The notes below the pieces were generated by a model. The model worked only from the letters and a program-made list of their open reading frames with translations. It did no database searches and was not told the DNA's origin. Position numbers and translations under genes: made by a program. DNA of 64,000 bases. Source: Camelus ferus. Its lineage: Eukaryota. Within the stretch, counting starts at the first letter, position 1; every line of letters begins with the position of its first letter. Shown here piece after piece: positions 13,940-28,907 of the stretch. The DNA is taken from assembly GCF_009834535.1 (NCBI RefSeq), contig NC_045697.1:62684001-62748000 (forward strand), in the 5' to 3' direction.

Positions 13940-14680
13940 TTATGCTTTTGTTAGGAATCCAATACATACTTATTATAGGAAATTGGAGAAAGGGTAAGTG
14001 AGCAAAGAGAGACAGTAAGATGACTGCAATCCGTGCCCCAGAAATAGTCACTCAGTTGTAGTGTTTCCTCAAGGACAGTGTGGGAGGGCTTTTTGTGTCT
14101 GGTACGATGCCTGGGGAGCACTACTGGCATTTAACGAGTAAAGACCAGGACAGGGAAACATCCTATGTTGAATGGGAGCATTCTCCAAAGCAAAGGATTA
14201 TCCAACTGGAAATGCAGAGTGCCTCATTGAGAAAAACAGAGAGCCTGGTGCAACTACTTCAGGCCCTTATTCATACATATAATACACACAGTTGTTTTTT
14301 TAATTAAAACTGGGTTATATGATCCAAATTATTCGTATTGTTTTATAATCTGTTCCTTTCACTTAATGCAGCAAGAACATCCTTCCTCCTCATCAGTTAT
14401 TCTTCTGCACCAACATTTTAATGACTGCTCAGTGTGATCACTGTATGGATCAACCATAATGCATTTAACTAAGTCCCCATTGTCAAACTTCTAGCATTTC
14501 TTTCAATTTCATATTATAATCAATGCTGAGATGAACATCCTTATATCTAAGTTTACGGTCATTTAAATTCTCTGAAGTGAAATTGTTGATTCAAAGAATA
14601 TAAATAATTTCAATTCTTTTAATACAGATTTCCAGCATGTCCTCAAAAATGACTTGTATCAATTTATTATATAACCACAT
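13940..14680 (-). mobile_element. Old L1ME-type fragment interrupted by a hAT-Charlie (MER20-like) element at ~14050-14240
   Basis: caatgctgagatgaacatcctt and ttcctttcacttaat are L1 3'-type motifs; the insert has actactggcattt...aaggattatcc...ttgagaaa. Confidence 0.5.
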
Positions 14681-17600
14681 GGTTGGTGAGTGAAAGGACA
14701 GCTCAACGTAAAGTTGCCAACAATGTGAAACACCGACTGAGGGCACTGTACCCCCAGGTAACAGCTGGTCCCTTCCCTGTCTCACATCTAAGTAGAAGGT
14801 ACAAGGACTACTGTGAAATAAGCTCACAGTTGAGACAGTGAAACTAAATCATAAAAGTTCAAGTACCAGACCCTTTCATTATTTTCCATCAGTGAAGCAT
14901 AAAAAGAAAGAAGAAGAGATTTTCAGGGAAACAAATGGAACATTAGTTTGTCTTTTCCTCAGAACCCTCCTCTGCAGAGGCAGGTGGTGACTCATGAGGT
15001 TGGGGGAGGTCTGTGAGCAGGAAGACCAGCATCTCATTCCCTGGCAGGATGCTCCCAATGCTAACAGTGTGTGAGCAAACCAACACCAAGACGTGGGGTC
15101 TGACATACCCTGTGGGAGAGTTCAAGCTCGATCTCCATCAGCCCCACACACCCTGACTGCTGAGAGTCGAGGCCGCCGTAAGAGGAATTCCTAGGTTTCC
15201 CATGGGTCCAGATCAGGCCTTGGAATGTGGAGGTCATGGCAGGAGAGCCTGGCTGTCCCAGACCCCTGAGGTGAGGAGAGGACCAGCCAGCCACATTCAG
15301 ACCACAGAGTACCACATCAGTCACCCAGGACGTAAGTGTCTGGGTGGAGGGAAGACCAGACCCAAGAGCAAAATGTTCCTGCTCCCACTCCTTGTCCTGG
15401 CCTCCCTTTGCAGATGTACAACCCCATCTCAAGTGAACTTGGGATAGGGAACTTTAAGCTTCTATCAAGCTCTGGCCACAAATACATCTTGAATTTGATC
15501 CAACATTTATATAACGATTCTGTTTTATCCTGGAAATAACGAAACAAGATAAAATACAAGGCTTTAAAGATTATACACTAGGTCTTAGTGCTTATCATGA
15601 AGGTGCTCAAGTCAGATGAGCTTGGGGTCATTCCTCCTCTGGACCTGCCCCCCTTCTAAAAAGTCTTGGCATGAAAAATTAGAGTGAGGAGAACCTCTCT
15701 GGCTTCCTTCCCTTTGCTGGACTTCCTTGCCTTTGAGTAAAAGGGAAAGGGGCCAGGAAGATGCCTCAGCCAATTTTCACAGTCGCAAACTACTTAGACC
15801 TGCCCCCATCCAGGTCAACAGGGAGCTTTGTCAGGATTTGGTACAAAAGCTTCTTATGAATAGAGTCCTTTCTTTGGTCTTGTACCAAGGGAGCTTACAG
15901 AAAATGGCTATGAAAGAATAGGATTTGGATATGGGATGCTGAGTCCTGATAATCCTCTAAATGCCTCTAATCCAGAACCTAAAAAACAAGACTTATTAAG
16001 AAAAGGAAGAAAAGAGGGAGCGGGGATAGTTTCCATTAGCCTGGGGCGTCTCACACCTGTGTTCCATGGAGTACCCACAACTGTTCTCCATGGGTTTGGC
16101 ATCAAAAAAACATGATTGAAGACAAAAACTCTACCCCTAACACAAGATATTAGGGCTCCTAGATTTTCTTCAGTTTAAAAGAGAAACATTTTAACTCTGT
16201 TTAATCTAGTGTTTCCCAAAACTGTTTATTTCCAGTTGTAACATGTATGTAATGTTCAGTGGAAACATATGGGGGAAATCTGACAAAAAATAATAGTAAT
16301 ATGATGGCATTTTATTTAGCTAAAAAAGTAGACTGTTCAGTGAATGTTTTCTCTCCTTTTTGTGTTTGCAATTTACTTACTAAATAACATCAAAATATAA
16401 ATAAATATGCAAGTGAACTTCTATAATCATATATCTAACACAACTCAGAGAAAATGTAGGCCCTTCTTAGCAAAAGGTTGCAACTGCACAGTGCATTACA
16501 GTTGGTTGTTTATCTTTTGTCTGCAATATATCATTTCATTCACACACTGATCCTGTGCAGTGGCTGGCCAGTTATAGACTAGTAGGTTTGGTTTAGAAAG
16601 GTTAAATGAGTTTCCAGAGGTCTGGCAATGCATAATTGAACAAACTGGCCTAAAATTCAAGCCATTAAGCACAGATTTAAAACATTTTGAACTCATTTAA
16701 TCCAACACTTTTATTTCACAGATGAGAAAATCTGTGCTCAGAGGGGTTAGATGACATCATCCAGCCCCAGGAGAAAGACAAGACCAACTCCACGCTCCCT
16801 GACTTAAAGCCCATGCTCTCTACACTAAGCCAGGCGTCTCCTATGCATGACCAAGTCCAGTGGTGCAGGTAAACCAGGAACCCAGCACAGAGACAGAGGC
16901 CAGCTGGCTACCATGTGGGTCCAACAACAGATGTTAGAGCAGCTTTAGTCAGAACATTTGTCACCTGCCTTTGGTTCAGACACAAATGTTAGTTTCCCTT
17001 TGCAGGAAGAAGGATTATTACTATATGCAGTTATTAGTATTTTGTGAAGGTAATTTTTAAGGTGTCTATTTTAGATATGTCATAACATTCAAGTTAAAGT
17101 ACTTTTAAGGCTATTACATGCTTTGTGTGACAATTATATTGATCCCCAAATGCAGCAACAGAAGTAGGAAGCATACGCCTTTTCCAATTTTGCTACAGAT
17201 AGTAACTTACATACAATCCACTGAGGAAAAACTGGGGCCTTAAGGCACAACTGTATGTACCTGCTCAGAAAACTCACGTGGCATGAAATAGGACAGTGTC
17301 TATTGAAAGGATCTTCTGCATTTTTTCAGGATTCCCAACAATCAAATAGAATAAAATGTATACACATGTGAATTGGAGATGATTTGCTAATACGGCTTCC
17401 CAGACATATCATTCCCCTGTAAGCACTGACAGTTAAGTGCTACTTGATCTCCTTAAACACAAAATTCACATTTTTCTTCACTACCCACAAAGCTGCAACT
17501 GAATTCATTCTTATGAATTGAGTTCCAAATAGATTTATCATACTGTGTTGGTATGAAGAATACAAAAGAAAAAGTAAGATAGTTTCCGCCTCTAATCAGG

Positions 17601-20600
17601 AAAATAAAATCTCTATATATTCCTTCTTTTTATTTTTCATTTGTTCATTGAACTGTTTATTTATTCAACAACATAATTTCTGTTTCAGCATTCTTTGTAT
17701 TAATGTACACTATAGTCTTAATAAGAATTAAATACTACTTTTGGAATTTTCGAAACATCTGCTTAGTGATACCAGAATTACCTGGTAAAGAGGAATATTT
17801 AAGTTGTAACTTAAATATATAAATGCTTTGTAAAGTTTTAATAGTTTCTTATAAAAGAATTATCTCATATTTGAGTTGGCAAACTACTCATTTTCCCCTC
17901 ATAGAAGAACAATTAGATTGATGAAATATATCACCAAATTCTAGTTCCCATAATTATGTATTAGTATGCAAAACACAATCGGCATCTCATTTACCTTATT
18001 TCTGTTCCTTTTAATTCAAGTAAACATATTTTTTTCTAGATTGTGTGTGCTTTGAATATTTTGAGAAACTAGAACCTTTCCATTGTCTCTTGATAAAACA
18101 AATACCACTGTCAAATGTCTCCCTGAAAGTTAGAAAACTAAAAGCCTGTATTTGAAGGGACAAAAAAACCAAATTATTCTCACTTTTTGGGAATATTCAA
18201 CTTGATTATCATTGAAGTTTGGGATAAGATTATTGCATATCATAATAAATAAGCACATTTTATTCTTGTCACTTAAAATTATTATTTTTTTCCAGGTTTT
18301 CCACTGAATTATAAGGTAGAAATATGGCTCAGATGGTAATAGAGGTTTAAAGGAAACACCTAAGTTTAAAATCATCTGACAGTTTAAAAGTATCTGATTA
18401 ATGAAACACTATCAAAAATATCATGGTATCTTTGCATTTGAAGGGGCAACAGCAATGTATGTGAGACACATGCACAATGGAAATGAGCTCATACAAGTAC
18501 GGGCACTGCTCTTACATTGCATTCCGCAGAATTTTAATCCACATTGACCATTTATGAAGGAATAAACCAACTGCACAAGTATGATTTAAAGCTGTTCATC
18601 AGTGTGCCTTGGAGTAGTTCTTTCACATTCTTCCTATAATGTATTTCTCTAACAAACAAAACTATCATCACCATTGGCCCTCTGAAGACTGAAATTGGAT
18701 TTGTAGTTATGTACATATAGTAACGGTTAAATGCTTACAAATTATTAACCACTGGTTCTAGGATTCGGGTGGAAGTATTTTTATGCTCCTGTGTCTAAAC
18801 AGCCAAAGTGTGGAGGCTTTTATCTCCATATATGCAAGGTAATTTCAGTCTACCGACAAAAACAAAATTTAAAGTACAATATTTATTGACAGGGTACGTC
18901 TCTCATTTCTAACAGAAAGCATTTTTTCCTATGATAGATATATACTTGTTACAGACACCTGTTCTCAAAGACCAGAGATGCTCCTTTTCCCCAGGGGTAA
19001 ATATATCGTGGCCCTGCCTTGACGGCACATTTCTGGAAGGCAGGAGCCAACCAAGTGTTAGCCTCCTTTGTATTCCTCACATGCCCAGCTGAGCGCCCAG
19101 CACATACAAAGTATCCATTAAATGACAGAATGCTATTGAATTTTACTGAGAACGTAAATTGTAAGCCTATGTTCCTTACAACTTTATATGTAATGTATAG
19201 AGTGCTTTCCCATTTACAACCTTGTAAGATTAAGGGTCATTAGGAATTATGATTCATCCATCCTGAACCCAGGAAAATACTATGAGATACATAGAAAGCC
19301 CATCATAAAAGATGTGTTCCTAAGTGGAGACAGTTTACGTAATATTACTAGACTTTCATGAGTATAGAATATTGCCTTCACATACCACATTGCGAGATAG
19401 TACTGATTATATACATTTTGAAGCGAATCAGTTAGGTCAATTAGGTTTTTTAATTACCACATTATGCTTTCACCTAAGATTATAATGATACTAATAGTAT
19501 ACGTCACTCCCACCACAAATACAAATCAGGGAATTCACTATGTCACAAAGCTTTTAGATTAGGTTTAAATTTAACTATCAATCTTGTTAGTTACCTTCTG
19601 AGGTCAAGTAAAAAGCAAGACTCAAACTTCTAATGATTTGAGATAATATATCAATCATTCCTAAACATTTAAGGAAAAGGTTTACTGTAAATGAAAATGT
19701 TTCACTAATGTTGATATCTCTTACTAGTTTCTTATAAAGAGTATTATGATCATGTCTATGATATGGGATGTTTCTGCAAAGAAACCTAAAAGGCCGTCTA
19801 AGACCTTTGGCTTATTTGTGGAATCAGCATTGAATGAGTTAGTTGATGGCAACATTCATCATCTGACTAATAATTTAATTAGAAGGTCTGTAACATTCAA
19901 GTGTTTAAAAATAAATCTGCATCAAACTGAACATGACAGTTCTGCTAAATCAAAGGAAATAAGGACACTTAAATGTTATAGATCATAATATCAAGCCTGA
20001 CATTTTTCATTCCTGCTTTGTTTTATTCATCTGACACACACTTGGTGAGCTAGCCTCTTATAAATTAAGGCAGCATTACGGAGAATGCATGCTTCTATCC
20101 ATTTGAAATCAACATTTTCTGGATAACTGTGCTGGGGATAGTAAAAACTGTTTATAATCTGATCTAATTTTCCCAAAATGGCATGGTTTAGGAACTTTAT
20201 TCTGGTTCTTAAGAAAAAAATAAACAGATGAAACATAATCTATTTTAAGTATCTGAGGCTATAAATATTTCAAGCTTATATCTTGCACAAAAGATATCTC
20301 CAGGTACATAGGTCCTAAATGGGATGTGATAATGAAGCTGTACTATTTGTCAGACAGTGGCTTTACAGTTTATTCAGAACTTTTACATGTCCAGAAAATT
20401 ACAGAAGTATAAACCTCAGGGACACTGAGGATCCAACTCTTCTAGGGACTTCCAGATAGCGTTAAAGAAATGCTCATTTGTTCAACAAGGATTTATCTGA
20501 GGAGTAAATACATGCAAAGCACTATTGAAAGATTGGGATGGAGCAAATGTTCTAGTGAACATGTATATTGTAAATATACATGCACCACATAACAACTGTT

Positions 20601-21147
20601 ACTCAAGTGACTTTCTTTTATAATATTCTTAGTACAAGAGGATCATTTGTTCTCAATAGAAGGAAACATAAATTTTGTTTTATGACATCATTGTTTGAAC
20701 TTAAAACTTGAATGCCTCTGCCAATGTATTTGTAGCATGTTTCTGTTGTGCCAGTCAAATGAATGGGCTTCAGGAAATGAGCTGTACAGCTAATAACCTC
20801 TTGTGTGCATACAGGCAAAAATATAGATCAGTAGATGTATTATTCTGATATATTTAAGAAGCTAATAATATTTGATTAAAAAATTTTAAAATTCAAGACA
20901 TTCTATTTGTCCTTTAATCTAGTATCTTATAATTAGAAATTATTACTAAGGGTAGCTTCATTCATATGATCAAATTCACAAAAACACTTAGGTATCTGTG
21001 ATCATATCTCTCTGTTAACATCAAAAGGAGATGAGTACACCAAAGCAAGCATGCTCAAGAGATTTACTTAGCAAAAATAAAAAGAGAAAAATAAAAATGA
21101 ACAATGAGAGCTCTTGGCTTAAGAATACAAATCCAGAAACCACAAAA

Positions 21148-21248
21148 GAGAGGAAAGAAAGAAAGGGAAGAAGGAAAGGATGGTAGGAAAGGATGGATGG
21201 ATAGATGGATGGGTGGATGGAAGGAAGGAAAGAAGGAAGAAAAGAAGA
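21148..21248. repeat. Purine-rich (GGAA)/(GGAT) simple repeat
   Basis: gaaggaaaggatggtaggaaaggatggatggatagatggatgggtggatggaaggaagg. Confidence 0.85.
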
Positions 21249-21656
21249 TTTATCCTCTCATCAATCAAGAAATGATGAGCCAAATACACTCAAAGGGCAT
21301 GAGGGCTGAACACCAATGCAGCCACTCCTCTTGCAGTGTTCCTGGTATTCACGAGGCACCACCCAACAAGAGAATGGCAAAGCCATTGATCCACTTCAAC
21401 AAGCTAACAGTGGCCATGCTGATCACATTCCTCTTCCCCCCGGGCTTGTGAACTGTATCATTACACCTTGTTGATACCACTTCCTGCATAGTTTTTGAAT
21501 TAATGCATTTCTTTCTTCTTCCCTCAACAACACCTTGGAATTCACAATCATCTCCTCTCTTTCCATCACAGTCCACCAACCCATGCCTGGTTTCCACTCC
21601 TTCCTCCCTTTGATCTGTTTCCCACCCTGCAGGCAGAGACATCTTTTCAACATGCA

Positions 21657-21668
21657 TAAGAAGATACG

Positions 21669-21720
<52 letters not shown>

Positions 21721-22080
21721 ATACACATACATATGATGGAATACTACTCAGCCATAAAAAACAATAAAATAATGCCATTTGCAGCAAAATGGATGGACCT
21801 GGAGATCATCAAATGAAGCCAGAAAGAGAAAGAAAAATGCCATATGATACCGCTTATGTGTGGAATCTTAAAAAAGGACACAAATGAACTTCTCTACAAA
21901 ACACAAACAGACTCAGACATAGAGAACAAACTTACGGATATCAGTGGGTAGAGGAGGTGGGAAGGCATAAATTGGGAGTTCGAAATTTGCACCTCCTGGG
22001 GAGCGATGGAAATATTACCTATCTTGATTGTGGTGGTGGTCTCATAGGTGTATCATACCACAACAAAGGTGCTTAAAAAA
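21657..22080 (+). mobile_element. Composite L1 3'-end insertion (younger L1 3' end + older L1M-like tail) nested in an L2
   Basis: Contains atggaatactactcagccataaaaaac...atgccatttgcagca and a short A tail at 22075-22080. The TSD AACATGCA lies at 21649-21656 and 22081-22088. Confidence 0.8.
21671..21718. repeat. (GT)24 microsatellite within the L1 fragment
   Basis: Read directly from the sequence. Confidence 0.97.
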
Positions 22081-22088
22081 AACATGCA

Positions 22089-22645
22089 AACCTATAACCT
22101 GACATCCATATTAAAGGCTTCAAATGCTTTAATAGGTTCCTCTATTTCTAGAATAAAGACCAATATTTTTAACATGACTGACTGTGACATAGCCCCTGCT
22201 ATGTCCTTATATTTTCTGGCTCCACCTGTCCTCTTTGATTCACCACGGTCTCCTCCTACTGCATTAAATTTCCTCTTGTTGCTTTTGCCTAGAATGCTTT
22301 CCCTCTAACTCCCACTTTTAATAATTGCCAGTCATTTTTTGGATCTCAGCCCAAACATCACTTCACCAGGGAAGCCTTTGTGATGCCGTCCCTATTCCGA
22401 CCCTGAGGTAGCTGGGTCAAGTCTCCTTTGAGATATTGTTGGCATTATGCACTCCATGGCATTTATCACAGTTTATAATTACACACATTGTGTGGTGATT
22501 AGTTGATTACTATTGCTGTTTGTCACTAGACTATAAGTTCAAAGAAGAAAACAACAGTGCATAGTTTTCTCATCATTTTAACCTCAATATCTAGCAAAGT
22601 TCCTGGACACAGAGTGAGCAAGCATTATTTCTTGAATGAATAATG
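22089..22645 (+). mobile_element. L2 3' portion (also continues left of 21650)
   Basis: cctagaatgctttccc, atctcagcccaaacatcacttc, actagactataagttc, ending with ttgaatgaataatga. Confidence 0.75.
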
Positions 22646-24239
22646 AGTGTCAAAATGGGGGTCATTAACAAATGGTTAGAGCAACAATAAACTGCTTATT
22701 TCCATTCACCAGAATTGCTTTGATCAGAGTTTGACAAAATTATTTCAAATTTCATAATGAACAAATTCAATGATTTTGTTTAAACTCTAGAATTTTTTGC
22801 ATTTCATAGATGTGGCTTAAATGAAAGTTTACTAGCATCTTCTTTGAGTTATTATAGAAACTCAGAGCTTTATTGCTAAATTGGGCCTTAACAATTTTCT
22901 AGGATAGATCCCTCATTATATAAGACAGAGTCTTAGGAAATCTTCAAAAGGTCATTCAGACTGTTGGTGACAGAGCAGGGATGAAAATCAGCCATTTAAA
23001 CTCCCAGCTCAATTTTTTTTTTTTTTTTTGCTATAACTATGCTGCAATTTCTAGGTTTATGGCTTCATTTTCATATCAGAAATTTGGAAGAACCTGTAAG
23101 TACCCATAAGAGAAATATCTCCAAACGGTTAATTTTGCTACATCATTTATATTTCTGCTTTAAAATACTAAAATAAATAGCAGTATTTTAGAAGGATAAA
23201 AAGCAAGCCCAATTTTGTAAGAAATGAAATATTTTCATGTCTTATTTGCAATGTATATTGTCTGCCTTAAATGGGGGCAAGATGGGGATGGTACACGTTT
23301 CCCTGTTTTCTTAATATTCTGGAGCAAGAAATTTTCCCAGTTAAATCATCTGGCTGTCCATAATTCAGTTTCTAAAAACCCAAAAGGAAGGTAAATTTTG
23401 AGGAAGGGATTGGGGAAGTGACATAGTGAATAGAAAAATCACTGCTGGTATTCAGTCTATTACAGTCAGCTATATGACCTTGGAATGCTTACTTCCCCTT
23501 TGTAGATTTCCTCATCTGGACAATCAGGAAATTGCTCTAAATCATGGGCTCTGTTGATGGACTTACAAGATCCCACTAAGTCCTTTGGTGTGTGTATGTG
23601 AGTGCACATTTTTCTGGGTAGAGGGTCCATAGATTGTATTAGATTGACAAAGATCTGGGACAAAAAACACATGAATTGCTTTTGTACTAAAATCTGAAGT
23701 CCTTCCTAATTTTGGAAATGGAATAAAGCTATAAATAGAATTATCATTTCAGATGGACAATAGAAACTAGTATAATTATTGGCCTGAGTAATAAGATTAT
23801 TTGAAAAGCATATTCTGCACAAAGGAATACTACTCTCACCAATCACACATTCAAGTGCTAGCTGGAGAACTCCACCAGAAGCCCAGTCCGGATTTTTCCA
23901 CAATTAGCATCAACTGTCCCAGACAAGGCAACTACATGTGATAAAATCTCAGTATGTCACAGGTTGTTAGTCCTTTCTTTTTATTACCATTGTTTTAATG
24001 AGTCATCAAGGGAGGCCTGTTTCACACAGTTATATCAAGCAGAAACAATCCAGAGCAGTTTGTCAGCAAAGAAAGATATTTTCTTATAGTTTTCAGGATA
24101 TTTATTCCAAAATATTTTGGTTATAACTTTGAATGGTTGCATAACCAAGGTTGCTGTAGCGCATGTAAAACTATTAAAGACACAGAAATAAAAGTCACTC
24201 TGCTTATCCCTTATTTCCTTCCTTCTTTTCCTCCTTAAT

Positions 24240-24690
24240 GTAATAAATATTCCTTAATCGTCTCCTATGCATCAGGCACTCTCTTAGATACTTGTAAAAC
24301 ATCAGTGAACAAACTAAATATATTCTAACCTCAGGAAGTACTTGTATTTCAGAAGGGGAGAAATAAAATAAACATCATGCATAAAAACAAGTAAGTTATT
24401 GATTATTTTTAAAGATGATACATGTTTTGACCAAACAAAAAAAAAAAAAAAAAAAAAGGAAAAAATAAAGAGTAGGGAAATTAGGAACCCCAGAAGTAAG
24501 GAAAATGGTTTCCATTTTCAATAGGTCAGGGTAGACCTCCCTGAGAAGGTGTTGTTTAGCAAAGACCTGAGGAGATGAGAGAATAGACAAGTGTGATCTT
24601 GGGGAAGAGCTTTCCGGACAGAGGGAGGAGCCCAGGCAAGAGTACTTGTGATGTGATCAAGGACTAGCAGGGAGGCCACTGCGGCTGGGA
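24240..24690 (-). mobile_element. L2a-type fragment
   Basis: tatgcatcaggcactctc, cagtgaacaaa, ggtagacctccctgagaaggtg, ggggaagagctttccggacagaggga. Confidence 0.7.
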
Positions 24691-25285
24691 AAAAGCAAAA
24701 AGCTTTCTGCTGCTGTGGTCATGAAATTTGTAAAGTTTCACCTTCCAGTTCACCCCTCATTTCTGTTGCTTGTTTAAAATGAATGTCATAATATCTTCTG
24801 AATAATCCTCCTAGAGTCTCATATTTGTCAAGAAAGGCAAAGTCAGAATTCTGAAAATTTTAAAAATCACCCTAAAACCATGCCCTCTGGTTGGTAACAT
24901 AGCTTAAGTCTCTCAGTTTCCACAAACATATTTGGCAATGAACTCTTATGCAGTAAGCAAATAAGCCACTTAATAAGAGATGATGTCACTACAAAGAAAT
25001 CAAGTAAAAGATCTTCATTTTGAAAATTTAGAGATCAGGCACAAAGCATCTGCTATATTTCAACACAGAGAAATTCCAAGATTCACAGCTAACATGAAAG
25101 CACCCATTCTTTCTGAAAGGTCACTGTTCATTTGGGCATTTATTACATTGCTCATTTCACTAACTTTTCTCCAGAAAACAGAACAATCACGATTATTGTA
25201 CAGTTTTCACAGCCTTTATCTGGGTGAATTACCTCCAAGAAGAATACACATGTAAAGGTAGTACTTTTTCTATGAAGAAAGGTCA

Positions 25286-25546
<261 letters not shown>

Positions 25547-28500
25547 TCAAGAACAACAGATTAAGGGATGGTGGACCGACAGCAATTTAAGACAATCTCA
25601 CTTCCACGAGCCGTCAACTTCTAAAGACCTATATTAACACACATGTAGATAACTGAAGAGTCAGATGTAATAAAAGTGACAGATTTCTAAGTGGGCATGA
25701 CTTAGCCAAACATTGAATCTTTGCTAAGATATCCTGTTGTAATCATGCAGATGTCAAAAGGTGTTTCAAGCAATCACAGATTTAGAGCCATGAGCAATTT
25801 CAGTTTGGCTGACATTTTATTAAGGAAATTTTACTGAAAGCAATGCTTACAGGTGCAGTTGTATCAAATTCAGCACGAAATTTCTTTCTTTATTTCAATT
25901 TCAATGCCAATTCTTTGATCTCACTCAGCATGTTTGTTTCACCACCTTCTGAGTCACACAACACATATCTGCTCTCACACGTTACCATCAGAAAGAAATA
26001 ACAGTCAGGCATGGTTATGAAGGAACTTTGATCTTTTTACAAAACATCAGGTAGTTGAAACAGAAGGGTTTTTAGTAATAAGATTGATATTCAATCATTT
26101 TAATGGGAACAAAAGAGCTAGACTTAAAATATGAAAATGAAATGGTTTATTGAGCACACAATTTCTTTTCATTAAACAAAATATGGTGATTCAGTAGTTT
26201 TCTAAAATAAGTTAAAAATTTAAGATGGTGTAAATAGTTTGGAATTAGATTTAGAAGAGATTTAATCTCACATCAAAATTTCTCCAAGACTATATCTGAT
26301 ATAACTGTTGAATTAATCTTTCTGTATGACCTCCATGCCAATATCAAATAAAGGAAGTTCCAATAAAATGTGTGTTTCAATTAAATTAAGAGTTTAAAGA
26401 TGAGATTCTGCTTTTTCAACAATTTCGAGGTCAACAGAGAAAAAAACCCAATCCTTCACCTAAAAGTTATAACATTTATACTCATCAAGTCTGGGCATGC
26501 ATTCTTATCTATATCTATGTAATGTCTGCCTTCTTTTTTGGCCCCACAAACTCATTTTTTGTCTGCTTTTCCCCTCCACATTTCAGGAACTTTGGGTTTT
26601 TAGCACTATTCCGCCTCAAGTTCTTTCCTAAGCAAATAGAGACACATCTTGTTCTGTGTATGTCTGTATACGTCCTCTCCACATAAATCTCAGTCTGAGG
26701 AATCCCATGAGTTGCACGATGTTAGCTGTAAAAGGTTATGTGCTAGTCACGTGATTATCACACAGATATCCTGTCGTCAGTTGGGAGAAGCCAATGAATA
26801 AATAGTAATAATGTGGACAAAACAATGGCATTTTGAATATACTATGTAGGTCATGGAAGCTGAGGTGGTCTATAAGGACACAGAGTCTCACTCCCCAGTC
26901 TAGGCACCTTGGGGAGGTGAAGTGACCCTAGACTAAAACCAGGAAGGGTTCGCAGCAGCTGTGGCTTGATATTTGCCTTCTGCTACTTCTGGGGATACGG
27001 TCGCTGCCTGCTAACTAGTAATGGCTAGTCCCAATGCAAAGTTCAATTTAAATGCCGGCGAAAAGCAGTACTGGAAATCTCATGTTTTTAAACATTTCCA
27101 GAATGTTGATGCTTTAAAAATAGAGAATTATGGGCTTTAAGTTCTCTTTTTTTTCTAAAAACATGAATAGAAAATTTTACTTGAAAGTGAACATTTTCTT
27201 CTTACAAAATCTCAAAGACAAAAATAAATTTTGATCTTTTTACAGATTCATTTTTCTGCCAGACATGAAACTTTAACAATTCTAGTTTTATATATGTATA
27301 TACTTTTTATAACACACATCAACTGCACAATAAAATGCACTTTGTACTTTATTATAATTTCATTAAATTTTATCATTTTAAGAATAAGCAAATTAGTTAC
27401 ATTACAAAATGGCAGTGTACAAGCAGCAATGACAGACACATACTTAAAGATCCCTGTGGGACTTGATTTATCTAGTGGGGTATCTACTAACCTTGAGCCC
27501 TTATTTTCCCACGTTAAAGCCTTTTACATTCTTTCTCTGCTCACTGACATTCCACACAAAAGAGTGACAAAACAAAAGGAGAGGAGATACACTCAAATTA
27601 CTGCATTTTGAATCTGATAAATGGTATTTAAGGGACAAGACCTTATAACCAGGATCAAAAAGATACATTTAACCAATTGATAGCATATTTTAATTCACTA
27701 CATTTTCCCAAATGTTCCAATCTTTCCCATTTTGCAGGTCCATCTGGCCAGAAGCCCTCTTAGAAAGTTCTCTGTTTCTTCAGCAAATTCAAACACTTTA
27801 TTAAAATCCACCTCAAATGTCAAAATCCATGTTAAAAACCTCTCCCCTCAACAGGTGTCCTTCTTCCTCCACCTGTGATGCCATAACATTTTCGGTATGT
27901 CTTTACTATTGAACATTTTACATTGCACCATAGTACTTCATTTCCCAGTATGTCTATCCACCTCCACCAGTATGTTTTGAGTTCATTAGAATGAGAGACC
28001 CTGTTTTATTTTTCTTTATATTATTTCACAGTAGGTAATAATTTTGAATGCATTAAAAGAAATTTTGTCTATATGTGTAATTTACACATTAACTTCAATA
28101 ATTAGATTTATATTTCAGTCTAATTAACAATCAAATTCCAAAAAGGAAATGTGGCACCAACTTTTAGAATAGATACAGTAAATCTAAACTTGTAAAATGT
28201 ACCTATAATTTTAAAGTAATAAAATTATAAAATTAGGAAGATCTAGTTTAGAATTGGTATCAAATGACAGATTTGAGGAAAATAAATTTATATTTTAAAG
28301 TAGTTTAACAAGGAAGTTTAAGCTATTACAGGTTGAAAATTAACTGTGTTCATTATCATATAATAAATTCCTGCTTATAAGAATCAAAGCCGGCAGAATT
28401 TCTCCAATAATAGGAATTTGTTTACGTCATACATTTTGGAGGGAAAAAATGAGTAAGCTTATATCAAAATGTATTTTTTAAAGCACCTTCAAAGACACGT

Positions 28501-28850
28501 CATTCAATAAGTCCAGATTAAGAACACTGTTGTATTTTCTTATAATGTGATGCATTGACAACTCAAATAATAATGTCCTGAAATCAAAAAGCCAGGGATT
28601 AAGGTAGGGTTTCCTGGATTTTATCTTGAGATTATCTAGCTGGGAGAATTAATCTTCCCTGGGTATTGTAGGTATAAAACTCCTGGCCTTACTAAGTTTA
28701 CTAATGTCTATACTTCTGCAAAAATAGTTAATGAAATGAATCTTAAGAATTTTTTCTTTTAACATTAGCTGATAATGTTATATACTTTATAACAGTTTCT
28801 CACTTCCCTGATTTAAGAGTAATGACAATAATAACAATTATTTAGTATTT

Positions 28851-28907
28851 ATTATGTACCTATAATAAACATTATGTACCTATAATAAACATTTTACCTA
28901 TAATAAA
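28851..28907. repeat. 20-bp tandem repeat (ATTATGTACCTATAATAAAC x2 + partial third copy)
   Basis: Read directly from the sequence. Confidence 0.9.

Noticed and set aside
21349..21816. ORFs with HTHT or VCVC repeats
   Set aside because: These are translations of the (GT)n microsatellite and the L1 fragment.
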